Assembly (NCBI GenBank): GCA_008632985.1
Contig: QPGO01000016.1
Span: forward strand, 716,840 to 780,839
Source: Psammoneis japonica
Taxonomy: Eukaryota
Length of the DNA stretch: 64,000 nucleotides
Direction: 5' to 3'
Shown: one piece after another, positions 1 through 11,296 of the stretch
Layout: each line of letters begins with the position of its first letter
How positions within the stretch are numbered: position 1 is the stretch's first letter
Program-made: the position numbers and the translations under genes
Notes under the pieces: model-generated
Told to the model about the DNA's origin: nothing
The model's database searches: none
The model's input: only the letters and a program-made list of their open reading frames with translations

Positions 1-73
1 TCTTGAGAGCCTCTACAGAAGCAGAGTAGAAAGCAAGGGAAAGCGTAAAGAGAGCAACGATGGAGAGCTTCAT
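1..73 (-). CDS. 5' end of a secreted protein gene (runs off window)
   Basis: Reverse strand reads MKLSIVALFTLSLAFYSASVEALK, a typical signal peptide resembling the N-terminus of the 801-1286 protein. Confidence 0.55.
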   Translation of the reverse strand, partial: MKLSIVALFTLSLAFYSASVEALK

Positions 74-800
74 GATTGCAAAGAATGTGAATTTGTGAGA
101 AGCAAATGTGAAAAATGTGAAAGGCGGGACCAGGCATGGAAGATTTTCGGATATTTCTGGTCCCCTGCAGTCCCGCGTACTTATCCTGTGGAATCCCACG
201 TAAATGAGTCACTAGTGTCTGGGGAGAAAACAGAAAACGAACTATTTCGCCAACACTTTGGAAGACGCATAAACAAATGCCAGGAACAAGTTCCAGAAGA
301 CTTCCCTGTAAAAGATGGTACAGCAGCGCATAGCGCAAGTATCAGTACTTTTAATGCATCGTTAAACTGTTTTAAGCAGCCCAGAATAACACAAAAACAA
401 AAACAAGAATCGATGACCGCGCAGAGTCATTTGTTTGTCATTCGAAATACTCTCTCAAAAAGCTGAGGCGATCTTCGACGGATCATGGGTAAATAATACT
501 TCGAGAACGCACTCAAAGAACACAAGTCTGGTATAATGAAAACTCGTAAACCGGTAGCCGACTTTGTTCTCTAAGAACTACTGTGAACATTTTATGATCA
601 AACCGTATCTTGGAAATATAATCACAAACATGGTACGTATGCAGTTTAGAAGATAAAGCAAACACCCTTAAAGTATTGAAAGCCTGTGTAATTTCTTTGA
701 TATCTAGAGAAAGCTAATAGAGCCGGTGCGCGTGATTCTACTTTACGGGAATCGTCGTGCAGCGAACTGAGGAGAGTGTTGCAAAGGTCACAACAAAGAA

Positions 801-1286
801 CTATGGTTCTGATACGGGTGAAAGGGGCCTGATCTGTGGGAGGGGCTTGACCTGTGGGAGGGGCTCGGTGATGACTGATTTGGTCTTGGGCGGCTTCTTG
901 GCTTTGACTGGCTGGAGCGGAGATGTCACAGGCGGCAGCGGTTCGGTTATGACCGCTTTGTTGGTCGGTTGCTTCTTTTCAGGAGGCTTGCCACCACGCT
1001 TGACGGGTCTTTCTTTTTTATTCTTGACCCGCTCAGGCTTTCCGCGCCCTTCTCTCTTTTCCTCGTTCTTCTTGCGCCCTGTCTTTTTCGGACGTTTCGC
1101 GTTGTCGCGCTTTGATGCTTTGTTGCTCTTTTCGGCAGCGTGCTTCTTCGAAGAGCCCCGGCCCCGAAGCCCACGACGTGCTCTAGCTACAATAGAATCG
1201 ATCGGTCGTTTGTTGCTGTCAATGTCTATAGACGTGTAGAAGACAGCGAGAGAGAACAATAGGAGAGCGGCAGCGGCTAGTTTCAT
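801..1286 (-). CDS. Secreted Lys/Arg/Pro-rich low-complexity protein
   Basis: ATG start, hydrophobic signal MKLAAAALLLFSLAVF, RRGLRG, Lys-rich body, repeated VITEPLP(P/Q)V. Confidence 0.65.
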   Translation of the reverse strand: MKLAAAALLLFSLAVFYTSIDIDSNKRPIDSIVARARRGLRGRGSSKKHAAEKSNKASKRDNAKRPKKTGRKKNEEKREGRGKPERVKNKKERPVKRGGKPPEKKQPTNKAVITEPLPPVTSPLQPVKAKKPPKTKSVITEPLPQVKPLPQIRPLSPVSEP

Positions 1287-1768
1287 GGTGACGAAAATTG
1301 ATAATATACTCCAAGTAATTGTGAATTGTGAGAGCCTTCACAACATTTCAACAGGTAGGTCACAACAATCTCCAAGATTATGACTGTTGAAGAATGACTG
1401 TATCGAAACACATTATATTATTTTTTATTTGGTAATAAAAGCGATGAATTACTCAACATTTAGACACTGCGTATATCCAAAAACACTTATGCCCCATGAC
1501 TGATTGAAGAAGTTTGGTAGCCCATTTGCGAATTGAAAAAGATCGGCTTCAAAATTACAAGTCAAAAGAGAGGAGACGAGAGAGAGAGGAGAGGTACTTA
1601 TGTACTCTCTCTTGTAGCAGGAGGCGAAAACCAAAGGCGCAAATGAGATTGATCTCTTGCACTGTCATACGCTGCCCTCTCGTGTTCCAATACTAGGCTT
1701 CCACTATTCACCAAACAAATTTCCGTCGTCTCGTACACTAGCTAGCCGAACGCAAGTGCATCACCGGC

Positions 1769-3061
1769 ATGTCCGTTTCGCCAGAAGAGAATCATCCACC
1801 GCTGACTTCGTCAAGTTGGTATTTTGGCGTTGCAGTCACCCTCTGTCTTGCTGTGGCATGTCACTGGGTCTTGTTCCGTCGTGTAGACTCGCAGGAAGAA
1901 AAGCCCTTGTTGAGTGAACGAGAGTCACGAGAAAAATGGCTCGCAGAGTTGGAAATCAATCGAAAACAACAACAAGCGGAGGCACGGAAACAGGCAGAAG
2001 AAGAGAGAAAACAGGCAGAAGAAGCAGAAGTTGAAGAAGAGGATGATCCAAAACAAAAGAACAAGCTCTCGTCTCAAAAGAAGCAACAAAAGAAGCAGCA
2101 ACAACAAGCAAAGGCAAAACAAGTACTACCGTCTTTGCCGTCGACTGCAAAGGATATATCAGACCTAACGGACTTTTACAGTTGGTACAACGTCGAAACT
2201 AGTCTCTATAGGATATATGCAATTGGTCGAACCGATCAAGAGGTGATATGCCCTTTTATTCCAAGATCTGAACGTGGCCAGGTTTCAGTGGAGCTTGCAA
2301 TCACCAATGACATGGACCAGGATATCGAGATTTTCTGGGTTACCTACAAAAGTGTAGAAGAGCATCGCGGTTCCATCAAGCCGCGTGGAACCTGGTATCA
2401 AACAACTTGGATGGGCCATCCGTGGGTGTTTCGAACCAAAGAAGGGGAACTCTTGCTGCACTACATTCCTTACAAGATTTGTCCAACCATTCCGGAGATG
2501 CAGACGACTTCAGACCATGACGATCGTGTCGGTCTGTACCGATTCACCTTGTCGGGCAAGCATGAACCAATCATTCGGAATCGCAATATCCTTTCACAGC
2601 ATGACCGCTGTCATGTTGTGGATCCCATCTTCCCGTTGGAGTTCTCATCATCAAGCGATGCCTTGCAATGGACGTTGCAGCAAATGACTCGCTGGTCGCT
2701 GGTTGTCAACCCCATCAATGTGGATTTGGTGCTTACCTATCTTATGAATGTTCTAAAGAACCCATCCGAAACCAAGTATCGACAGATACGAATTGCTAAT
2801 AGCACCTTTTTCAACGAGGTTTGGAACACACCGAGTCGTGGTGTCTTTTTGGTGGCAGGATTCGTTGAACACGGTGCGCATGCTCAGCTGGGAACAAGAG
2901 ATACACTGGAGTATGCGTGGATTCAACACTTGTCAAATATTGTTCTGGAACTCCAACGGTACAGAGCAAAACAGCAGGATCTGCCACTTCCGACCGAGCA
3001 ACCCGAGGGTGCAGATGGGTACGGACGTGCTGGCTTTGGACGAGCGGGACAAATGCACTAA
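1769..3061 (+). CDS. Membrane-anchored protein with VHL beta-domain and C-terminal PUB domain
   Basis: 430-aa ORF. N-terminal TM and coiled coil; VHL-like IEIFWVTYK..QTTWMGHPWVFR; PUB-like YLMNVLKNPSETKYRQIRIANSTF..GF. Confidence 0.85.
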   Translation: MSVSPEENHPPLTSSSWYFGVAVTLCLAVACHWVLFRRVDSQEEKPLLSERESREKWLAELEINRKQQQAEARKQAEEERKQAEEAEVEEEDDPKQKNKLSSQKKQQKKQQQQAKAKQVLPSLPSTAKDISDLTDFYSWYNVETSLYRIYAIGRTDQEVICPFIPRSERGQVSVELAITNDMDQDIEIFWVTYKSVEEHRGSIKPRGTWYQTTWMGHPWVFRTKEGELLLHYIPYKICPTIPEMQTTSDHDDRVGLYRFTLSGKHEPIIRNRNILSQHDRCHVVDPIFPLEFSSSSDALQWTLQQMTRWSLVVNPINVDLVLTYLMNVLKNPSETKYRQIRIANSTFFNEVWNTPSRGVFLVAGFVEHGAHAQLGTRDTLEYAWIQHLSNIVLELQRYRAKQQDLPLPTEQPEGADGYGRAGFGRAGQMH

Positions 3062-4294
3062 CTAAAAAGTATGTAGCTTCGTATAATGTAGTTACCAAAT
3101 GAGCTTTTCAAGAATATAGAGTTGCCTGGGAGAGGGACCGCAGCGTAGTTTGGTGAATATGTGCCACTCTACGGTGTCTTCGGTGTGCTCGAGCACGGCT
3201 TGGGAATCCACACTTTTTCTTTCTCGCCTGTGTTGTAGGGCACGCCGTTTTAGTTGAATTTGGGTTGTTCGTTTTGTGGGAGCCAAATTCTAGAGAAGCA
3301 TTTGAAAACGTATCTTTTAAGCTTAGAAATCCCCTACGTCGCATCGCCCGAGATAACGTGAGAGCAGCATGGATGATTCGTCTCCAACAAGTGGCCATAT
3401 GAACATCGCGCATGGATCATGCAAAGCATCAGGAGTACTCGCACGGTAGTACTTTACGAAGTGACAACCGTATTCGCCATTGTATCAGTTGATGATGAAA
3501 AGTGGGCAATGGCTCTTTCAGCGAGAAGGCGATCTTGCGTGCACGGATCTACAGAGTCAGCGAGACCCAGCGTAATGCCTCCGTCAAATAGTCGTAGATT
3601 CTTGCCCCTCAGGCTCAGACTCCACCAACTTCAACAAACTCAGGAACTGTTACGCCATGTTGAATGTGCGACAATACCAGCCGTATCGAAGGACGATTTC
3701 TTCTTTGCTGTATTCGCATGGCGAACACATGACGGATTTGATAGCCACATCGCCAAAAGCTTTGATGCTGATTTCTGGGAAGATGAAGAAATGAACGGAT
3801 GCAAATTTGGGAATGCAAGCCAACAGAATTTGCCAAAAAGTCTCCTTGTCGCATGGGAGGACACCGAACCCACCGATAGATGAGCGCCTCCGCAAGATGA
3901 TTTGTGGGGAGAAATGTGGACAAAAATGAAAAAGTGACCAAAAAAAGAAAAAAAGAAAACTTCACTCGGTTCTCTTTTTTTGATACTATCACAGTTGTAA
4001 CGGACAAAATATTCTTAACATTATGAATATTATAAAATGATATACATTATTTGTAAACGTATGCTAAATTAATTTACTCTGGCAACTCGCCACAAAACCA
4101 TCCCCACTTTTCTCCATCAAGCGTTGAAGCGTTGGGACGTCTCAGGGTTTGTCATCACGTCGTCGCCGTCGCAACTTGTTTGCCATTCGTGATACTAACA
4201 GTGCAAAAACAATCCTTGGCTCAGCAACTATCACGACAAGGTCGTTTACTAGTCCTTGCCACTCTCCACTCGCACATTGTTTCGACTTTCAACC

Positions 4295-4954
4295 ATGATG
4301 AACTTGCAGGAAATTGACCTCTCGTCGGCATCCAATCACCGACTACTGCTCTCCGATTCCATGGACGGATTATCTCTAGATGATAGTATGGACGTTGGGG
4401 TGCCACTTCTTCCTTACACGGATCAAGGCAGCAACACTGATATAGCATCTACCAAAGACGGGGACGAACAGAACGAGAAGCTCCAGGCGTTCGCCTTTTT
4501 GTCGCAGTTTAGCGCTCGTCTTGGCTGCGCTCTTGGGTACTCTGCACCGTTTGTCATTATTGGCACAGCACTACTCATTGCGGTTGCCTGTTCACGATTC
4601 GAAGCTCTGGGTCTCACCACAAATCAGATTCGTGGACTCATTGTCATTATCACATTGGTTGCATCACAAGCGGTATACTTTTTCATCACGCCCAGTTATG
4701 TTGGAACCGATGAACGCACCTTGGGCACACTAGAGTTGGTCAAGTTTCGTTTTTCCTTAGGCGCCTTGACAGGTGCGTTGGGGTGCTGGGTCACGACCTG
4801 CTTGATATTTGGCTTTGGCGTTTGGGACATTATTGGTCTAATAACGGGATCGTTGGTGGTGCTTCATTACCATCGGAAAAATGAAGCTTTGCATGAAGAA
4901 CAAGTGCTTCAAATCATGAATGAAATGCAGGACAAAGATCTATTGATTGTTTAG
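4295..4954 (+). CDS. Hypothetical multi-pass membrane protein
   Basis: ATG at 4295, acidic N-terminus followed by about 4 hydrophobic segments. Confidence 0.65.
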   Translation: MMNLQEIDLSSASNHRLLLSDSMDGLSLDDSMDVGVPLLPYTDQGSNTDIASTKDGDEQNEKLQAFAFLSQFSARLGCALGYSAPFVIIGTALLIAVACSRFEALGLTTNQIRGLIVIITLVASQAVYFFITPSYVGTDERTLGTLELVKFRFSLGALTGALGCWVTTCLIFGFGVWDIIGLITGSLVVLHYHRKNEALHEEQVLQIMNEMQDKDLLIV

Positions 4955-5959
4955 ATCGGCAATGTAAGGGGGCATTTCGTAAAGAAATTAGACAACACGA
5001 ATCAATGCAGTTGTTTCTTTGTTCGAGTCTCAGTGGAACTGTCTCTTTCTACGCTCCATTACAAGTAGTAACGTCTCTTGAACTCATTCAAGAAGAAAAG
5101 TTGTGTGATATGTATCGTTCGATTGTGAATTTTCATAGGGGAGAAAAGCTAAGGGGTCGTCGCTTCCAAGAATCGTCTCATTTCACTTAATGACGATGAT
5201 TCGCTCGCTTTATTTCACCCGGTCTGGGCGACTACCCCCAGCTGACGCGAACTTCATGGCTCGGCTTAACTTGACTCAGGTCCTGTACGCCCTAGGGTAC
5301 TAGTGGCTTCTTCAAAGCCTGTACCTCCCAGAAGCACAGCTTCAATGCCGGCCATATGCTCTAGCGGATGAATCACTCGAACTAAGCGCTAGCCGAAAGC
5401 ACAAAACGAAATCTAGTACTCTCTTGCGGTCACCAAATCCAACATATTGCTCTCGTCTCTTTCGTACATAGACGAATATCTATAATTCTTCGTTCCTGCA
5501 ACATCACCGCCCACAGTTTTCAACAACATACTCTCCTTGCGGGCAAAGATTCCAAATAATGACCAACATGGCAAGGAGGGACGCCTACTGAATAGTTGGA
5601 TAAATATCTGAATTGTAGCTGCTACCTTAGCTACTCTAATTTGTTCGCTATATTTGTCGGTTGATCGCTATCGCGATCATCGAGAGAGAAGCACACCCCT
5701 CAAATGATACCTGAATCAAGAAAGGCTCGAGACGCCCATAAGCTCGACCACGATCAATACATGAAATGCCAGGATGCTGACTTTGCAGAAGCTACCCCGA
5801 TGGAATGTGGATGTTTGCTGTGAAAGATTTGTCAACGAATTTGCGATGGACCCAACTGCGATTGCAACGCGCCCCCCCCCCCCCCCCTGCAACTCCACCT
5901 GTGTCTTTTCCATGCATCGATGATACTCATGCCTGCAAAGGAGTTTAAGTCCGTAGTGT

Positions 5960-6433
5960 TTACTTTTTCATTCCAATCCCCAGTCCATTCAATTCTTGCC
6001 TACACGGTCTTACCGTGTTGGTCAAATACCATTCCAACCTTTGCTCTGAAAAATGATTGAAATCCCATTCTTGATCTAACTCCAGGTGCGAGTGAGGATT
6101 GCACCACAGATACGTCAGAACGTCGTTGTGTTTTTCTTTGTTTGTTGCTGTCTCGACATTGACTTGAATACGATTGTACTCTTCTCCCTCAAACCAATCC
6201 AAAACTTCCATTTCATCCTTTGTAATGCCCGTCAAGAGTCGTCCCCATACGACCGAGTCGCCATTGCTCGAGACAATCATTCCTGGAAAGACGTGGCCTT
6301 TTACAGGATGGCGAGAGTGCTGCTTCAAACAAGCGTCTGTCAAGGAAGGAACGCGCCCCAGTAGTACCTCCAGCACTTGTGGTGACATGAGTGTCCCGTA
6401 GGCAAAGAGATTGTAAGAACTATTGGGTAACAT
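5960..6433 (-). CDS. Gamma-glutamylcyclotransferase / AIG2-like protein
   Basis: LFAYGTLM motif, HVFPGM, VWGRLL, LDWFEGEEYNRIQV. Start taken at ATG 6433 because the upstream part of the ORF lies inside the transposon. Confidence 0.9.
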   Translation of the reverse strand: MLPNSSYNLFAYGTLMSPQVLEVLLGRVPSLTDACLKQHSRHPVKGHVFPGMIVSSNGDSVVWGRLLTGITKDEMEVLDWFEGEEYNRIQVNVETATNKEKHNDVLTYLWCNPHSHLELDQEWDFNHFSEQRLEWYLTNTVRPCRQELNGLGIGMKK

Positions 6434-6478
6434 GGTTGAACCGTTGTCACAAAGCCGTGATGGAGATACCACTTCTAT

Positions 6479-9400
6479 CCCCCGTGAAGATTTTCGTCTG
6501 TTTTTTGTCCGTTCGTGCCCACAGGGGCACGAAAGGAGGCTACGTAGGACTGTACCAGCAAATCCTGTAGATGCACGTTTCCATGCCAACAAGATTCATG
6601 AACCTCTCAAACGAAAAGAGACAATGGCGTCGTTCTGGATCAACGCCGTAGTTGCTACGTCTGAAACCGCAGCGCGCCGCTTTTCTGCTCGTAGACTTGT
6701 ACGCTGTCCTGGTACAAAGGTCATTGTATGCATAGAGTCTACGATGAGGTCATGCTGAAGGAAGAATTCTCGAATTTGAATTCTCAGCAATCAACCGAGT
6801 TTGTGTACTTTCTATTTTTTTATGCTGCCAACCAAGTCTTACAATCACACATCCCTGATTCTACCTGCATAAGACGACACTGAGATTTCAGTCCACACAT
6901 AAGTTCACTTGCACCAATGGATGAATCGGCGTTGCACTCGGTGACGACGTCCGAATCAGATTGGGTGGAGTGTTTCAATCCAACAGAGGACTTGAATTTT
7001 TGCGACGAGGATCTCCACTTGATTGAGGACAGCTTGATGGATAAGTATGATAGAACCGAGCAGTCAAAGGACCGTCCAAAATGGAAAGTGGACAATGATG
7101 GGAAAGATGTTAAGATTGCCTTTAGCCAAGCTCCCCAAAAGGTGTGGGAGACGGCCAAAGCCGAGATTCAGGGATGTCGCGAGAGGGTGCAAAAACTTAC
7201 AGGAAAAGAATTCAAATCGATTGATCCTATTGAGGACATTGCGTTACTGTTTATGGGTAGTGCACGTCCTCTCATGCAACTTCTGGAGTCAGAGTTGTCG
7301 CTCAAGTTTCAAGAAGCTTCTCAATTGTTGCTGCCTGCTGCAAGCAAAAGGCACATCGGTTGTCAGTTGAAGAGTTGTATGATGATGACGATATAAATTG
7401 TGCTGGGCTAATGACCAAAGAGAAGTACAAAATGGTGTGGAAGTTAATGGGCCGTTCAGGCGATGCGTCATCGTCAACGGCTCGTAAGAAAAAGCCATTC
7501 TGGGAAAAATTCCAAGACAGGTTCAACGAGACGTGTCAAGAAATAAATGTGAGCCAGTCAGCATCCTTGATTGTTTCATTGGACGACGATAAAAAGAAAG
7601 CTGCAGTCAACAATGGAGATGACATGCTAGGTCTGAAGCAGGTTGTGCATGCAGACAAGCGAAAGGGCATCGTCGGTCACACAGCCGTGTCCCCTGCAAC
7701 TCTTTTGACGCACGGTGTTTGCTGGGAACGAGTGGGCGACACAACTTATGATTGTCATGTAAATCTTGTTGAGACAATATTTGGATGGAGGCCAACGCTC
7801 GACCGAGTCACGTTTTGCTCTGATCGCGGTTATTGGACGATGAAGCTTCTTACATGCTTGCTCGAGAACGGAGCCGACATTCATGGGACGGTGAGGCGTC
7901 AGCATTGGTGCCACTTTACTTATGACCAGACATTGAAGATCGGCGACCCCAGGGTTTTGATTGACACGACAGGGCCGGCAACACTTTACACGGGGGCTGC
8001 ATCGGTTTCGGAACGGAAAGTGGATATAAATGCTTTTCGAAACGGCACGAATGGCGTGGTGTTATCTATGTCAACTATGTGTCATGGTGCCCATTGGGAT
8101 CTTGTCCTCAAGGGGGGGAAAGAGCAAGTGTCAAAGCGTGTTCCACTTGTTTTAAGTCCCGAATATCGTCGTGCTCACACGTTCCGACGGTTTCTTGAAG
8201 ATCAGCCAGTTACGTGGCTAGAGTGTACCCCCGCCTCTCGACCCTACATCGTGCTGAACAAGGAGCAACTGAAGGTGAGCATGTGCAATTGCTGCTACTG
8301 ACATTATTTTACTATAGATCTAACCGAGTCGCTCCGAACCATTATTTGCTGACAAAGGCAAAATACCGAGAATGTATTAACAGCACGATACCGTCGAGTG
8401 TGACAAAAAACGATGACTTCATAGCGATTCTGAGCGGTGAAGTCTCCGCACCAGTTGCAAGAGATGGCGATAGTGAGCCAAAAACGCCACTGGAAGCAAT
8501 GGTGAAAACCACTTTTCTTCCACCACTCAAAGGTGAGGCGGCGGAGCTCTGTAGATTGGGACATGAGATGGAAGAACAGCACGGAAAAGATTTTCTTGGT
8601 GTTGCAAGCGGCGAAGGAGTGCGACTCGAAAACGGATCCGTATTTGTTGCAAACAATCTCTTCAGAGCCGGCCTGCTACAGAAGCAAAATCGCCCTTATC
8701 AAAAGGACAGTCCAGACTTCCTCTGCACTGGAACAATAGACGATAAGCGAATCGTAGCGGTTGTCGAGATGAAGGCGCGTTGCAAATCTACTACCGCCGC
8801 CAAGGAGCGTCAGCGCATCTCCGAAGTTGGTGAATTTTCGTTTGTATCATGTGATTCGCCTGAGTTACGCAAGTTCATACTTAAACGTTCAGAGGCAGTT
8901 CAGGTGAGCTGATGCACGGAATAACTATTTGATACTGTCGTTGTAACGGTAACTCACCTCAGTCTCCACGACTTCCTCGCTACAGTGCGCTCATCATGCA
9001 AGCACCCTTGGAGTCAACCACGTCATTCTTGCCACTGGAGACAGAGTAGGCCTTACAGCAATGGTGGTTATTGAGTACTCCGACGAGTTCCTTGAAAACT
9101 ACGAAAAGTGCATCAACGACATGTACGAGTCGGCATTGAAGTGGGCGTACGAGGAGGGCGTCGACATTCCAACGGAAGAGCTCAAGGCTGCTGTGAAAAC
9201 TGCACGAGTAAAGGTGGACTATGAGTCATTTATGAAATCGGTTTACTTTTGGAAAGAACTGACGAAGCCTCAGTGCTTACCACTCCCACCGTGCGAGAGG
9301 ATCATTCCCATGCAGGATGCGTACTGGAACAACACCAAGCATGGGTCGGACGTCAAAACCCAGTACTGCCAAAACCTGTCAGCCCCAATTCCTGTCACAT

Positions 9401-10342
9401 CTGCCGGAGCTAAGGCATACGACCGCATGCAAATGACAGCACTATCCGACATCCACAAAGGCGCTACCATGTTTATTACCAAGGAAGATCTCAACCAGTA
9501 CAATTCCCTTCACGACTTCAGAGACGATGCAAAGCACAAGATGAGCTTCAGAAAAGCACTCCTTCGATTGTCTAAGTTTTTCAAGAAGCTGAGCCAGCAA
9601 AATCTCCAAAGTGGAATTGGTTCTCCTTCGTCTTTTACAGGGATCGTTACACCATCACCAGCAACTCCAGTACAGCCGCCGAGGTGGATGCGCGGTGAAA
9701 TTCAAAAGGAACCAACCAATTTTGTAGCAAAAGGAACTGGAAAGTCTCCCAAGCGCTCTCACCTAGAAGCTCTACTGAAACCAAAGGACAGTTCTGAAGA
9801 GGTCCCTTCCAAGCGATTCAAGAGTTGTCGGGGTGTACCTGTGTTCAGAGCAAATGAAAACAATGGAAGTAAGAAAGGGAGTGGAGCTTTGGCGCGATGT
9901 ATCATGTGCGACTCCAAGACACATTGGTATTGCTCTGGCTGTCGTCAATGGTATTGTTGCGATAGTCCCCGTCCGCAAAGCGCTGGAGTCCCATACTTTC
10001 AAGATTCGTCAACGTACCGTGATGGGAAAAACAGGGATCGACCAATCGCCGGCGTGTACACATGCTTTATGCACTGTCACCCATCCATTGTGAACCAGGG
10101 ATAGTAATATGTATTTGTATTTAGTGAATATATCATCTTTTTGACCACCGGCGTAATTGTAGTACTTTGGAATATCATTTGTTGACAAGACGAGCGTCAC
10201 TTGTGTTGATGCTTTATCAATGAGAGCCGGTGTTTGTTTTGCACGTACAACTCGGTATGAAACCTACAGGGGCGTCGTTCGTGCCCACAGGAGCACGAAC
10301 TTTTGCGTTCGTGCCCACACGCGCACGAAACTATCACGCGGG
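6479..10342 (+). mobile_element. piggyBac-like DNA transposon with imperfect TIRs and CTAT TSD
   Basis: CTAT at 6475-6478 and 10343-10346. Left end CCCCCGTGAAGATTTTCGT; right end (reverse complement) CCCGCGTGATAGTTTCGT. Shared subterminal palindromes; internal transposase. Confidence 0.8.
6917..10104 (+). CDS. piggyBac-like DDD transposase with inserted YqaJ-like nuclease domain and C-terminal Cys-rich domain (spliced; frameshift ~7330, unresolved junction ~8275-8320)
   Basis: SLDDDK (D1), SDRGYW..GADIHGTVRR (D2), YWNNTKHGSDVKTQ (D3), CIMC..WYCSGC..CFMHCH. YqaJ-like GHEME/SPD/EMK/Q-x-x-H-H. Intron 8904-8985 joins the ORFs in frame. Confidence 0.75.
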
Positions 10343-10496
10343 CTATGCAGCAACACGATACCGTGCGTTGATTGCGCGGTGTTTCAGGCTGACACCAGGA
10401 AACGCCACCCAAAAACTCACGACTGACCACGACTTCCCGCCACGCACGTCTCACATTATTTTTGCTCACGGCTCCGAGCAACCAAAAGTGTCCACA

Positions 10497-11255
10497 ATGA
10501 TCTTTCCCATGACGACGATAGTGAAACTTGCAGTGTTTATTTTCTACTGGACTGTCTTTGTTCATGCCGCATGGACTGGTAGTGTCATAAAGTCAGCGAC
10601 TGCGCCCGCGACAAAATGTGAATCTTGGCAACCATCAGAAGCCATCACCACAGCATCTTTGTCTGCTTGGAACCGTCGAAAAGCACTCGTCTTCATCGCT
10701 TCCGCTGGAACCTCCCTCGTTTCTACAAAACCATCATTAGCATACACACCGGATCCCGACAAACTCCAAGAGAGTTTGTATCTCATGAGCCGTGTCCAAG
10801 AAGCCACGGTTCAACAAGCCCGATTTGTTTCCAACTCGAAGTTACAGGAGGAACTCGGCAACAAAATGAAATTAACATTGAGATTGGTGGAAAAGAATTA
10901 TCGGTTGTTGGATCAAGTCAATTATGCTTCGGCCTTTGTACAGCCCGCCGATGCCATTGTGGAAGCAACCGAGGCTGGCAATCGTGCGGTGGAAGCCTTG
11001 GATAGTGCCATTGAATACGTGCGAAACGACTTAAAGACGGGTCCGCTGACACGAGAACAACAAGACTTTTTGACAGAATGCATGACCACCACGAGACAAG
11101 AGTTGTTTGAATTTTTAAAGTACATGCCGGCCGACAAGCTTGCCGCCGCACGACAACGTGTCGAAGAAGAAAATGTCAATAATCGAGAAGAATTTGATGG
11201 TGCGGCCGATGCGGGAGTGTACAATCCAGTGGTGCTTCCTTGGAAGCAACAATAA
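10497..11255 (+). CDS. Hypothetical plastid (probably thylakoid-lumen) protein
   Basis: Signal peptide ending VHA-AW, transit-like stretch, twin-Arg Tat-like NRRKALVFIASAG..SLA, then helical domain. Confidence 0.75.
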   Translation: MIFPMTTIVKLAVFIFYWTVFVHAAWTGSVIKSATAPATKCESWQPSEAITTASLSAWNRRKALVFIASAGTSLVSTKPSLAYTPDPDKLQESLYLMSRVQEATVQQARFVSNSKLQEELGNKMKLTLRLVEKNYRLLDQVNYASAFVQPADAIVEATEAGNRAVEALDSAIEYVRNDLKTGPLTREQQDFLTECMTTTRQELFEFLKYMPADKLAAARQRVEEENVNNREEFDGAADAGVYNPVVLPWKQQ

Positions 11256-11296
11256 ATAAAACCATCGCTCCTGGTGTAAAGATATCTATTGTTTCT

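Noticed and set aside
3108..4007. Short ORFs on both strands (e.g. 3419-3883)
   Set aside because: No recognisable motif or clear gene structure; cannot support a call
5871..5887. Poly-C run (and poly-G at ~29407-29423)
   Set aside because: Simple homopolymers with no supporting context
6434..6592. N-terminal extension of the GGCT ORF (and 10230-10496 of the plastid-protein ORF)
   Set aside because: Non-ATG starts that read through transposon ends
10277..10330. CRISPR-like palindromic repeats
   Set aside because: Only two adjacent units, a 6-bp gap, no cas genes; they are transposon subterminal repeats
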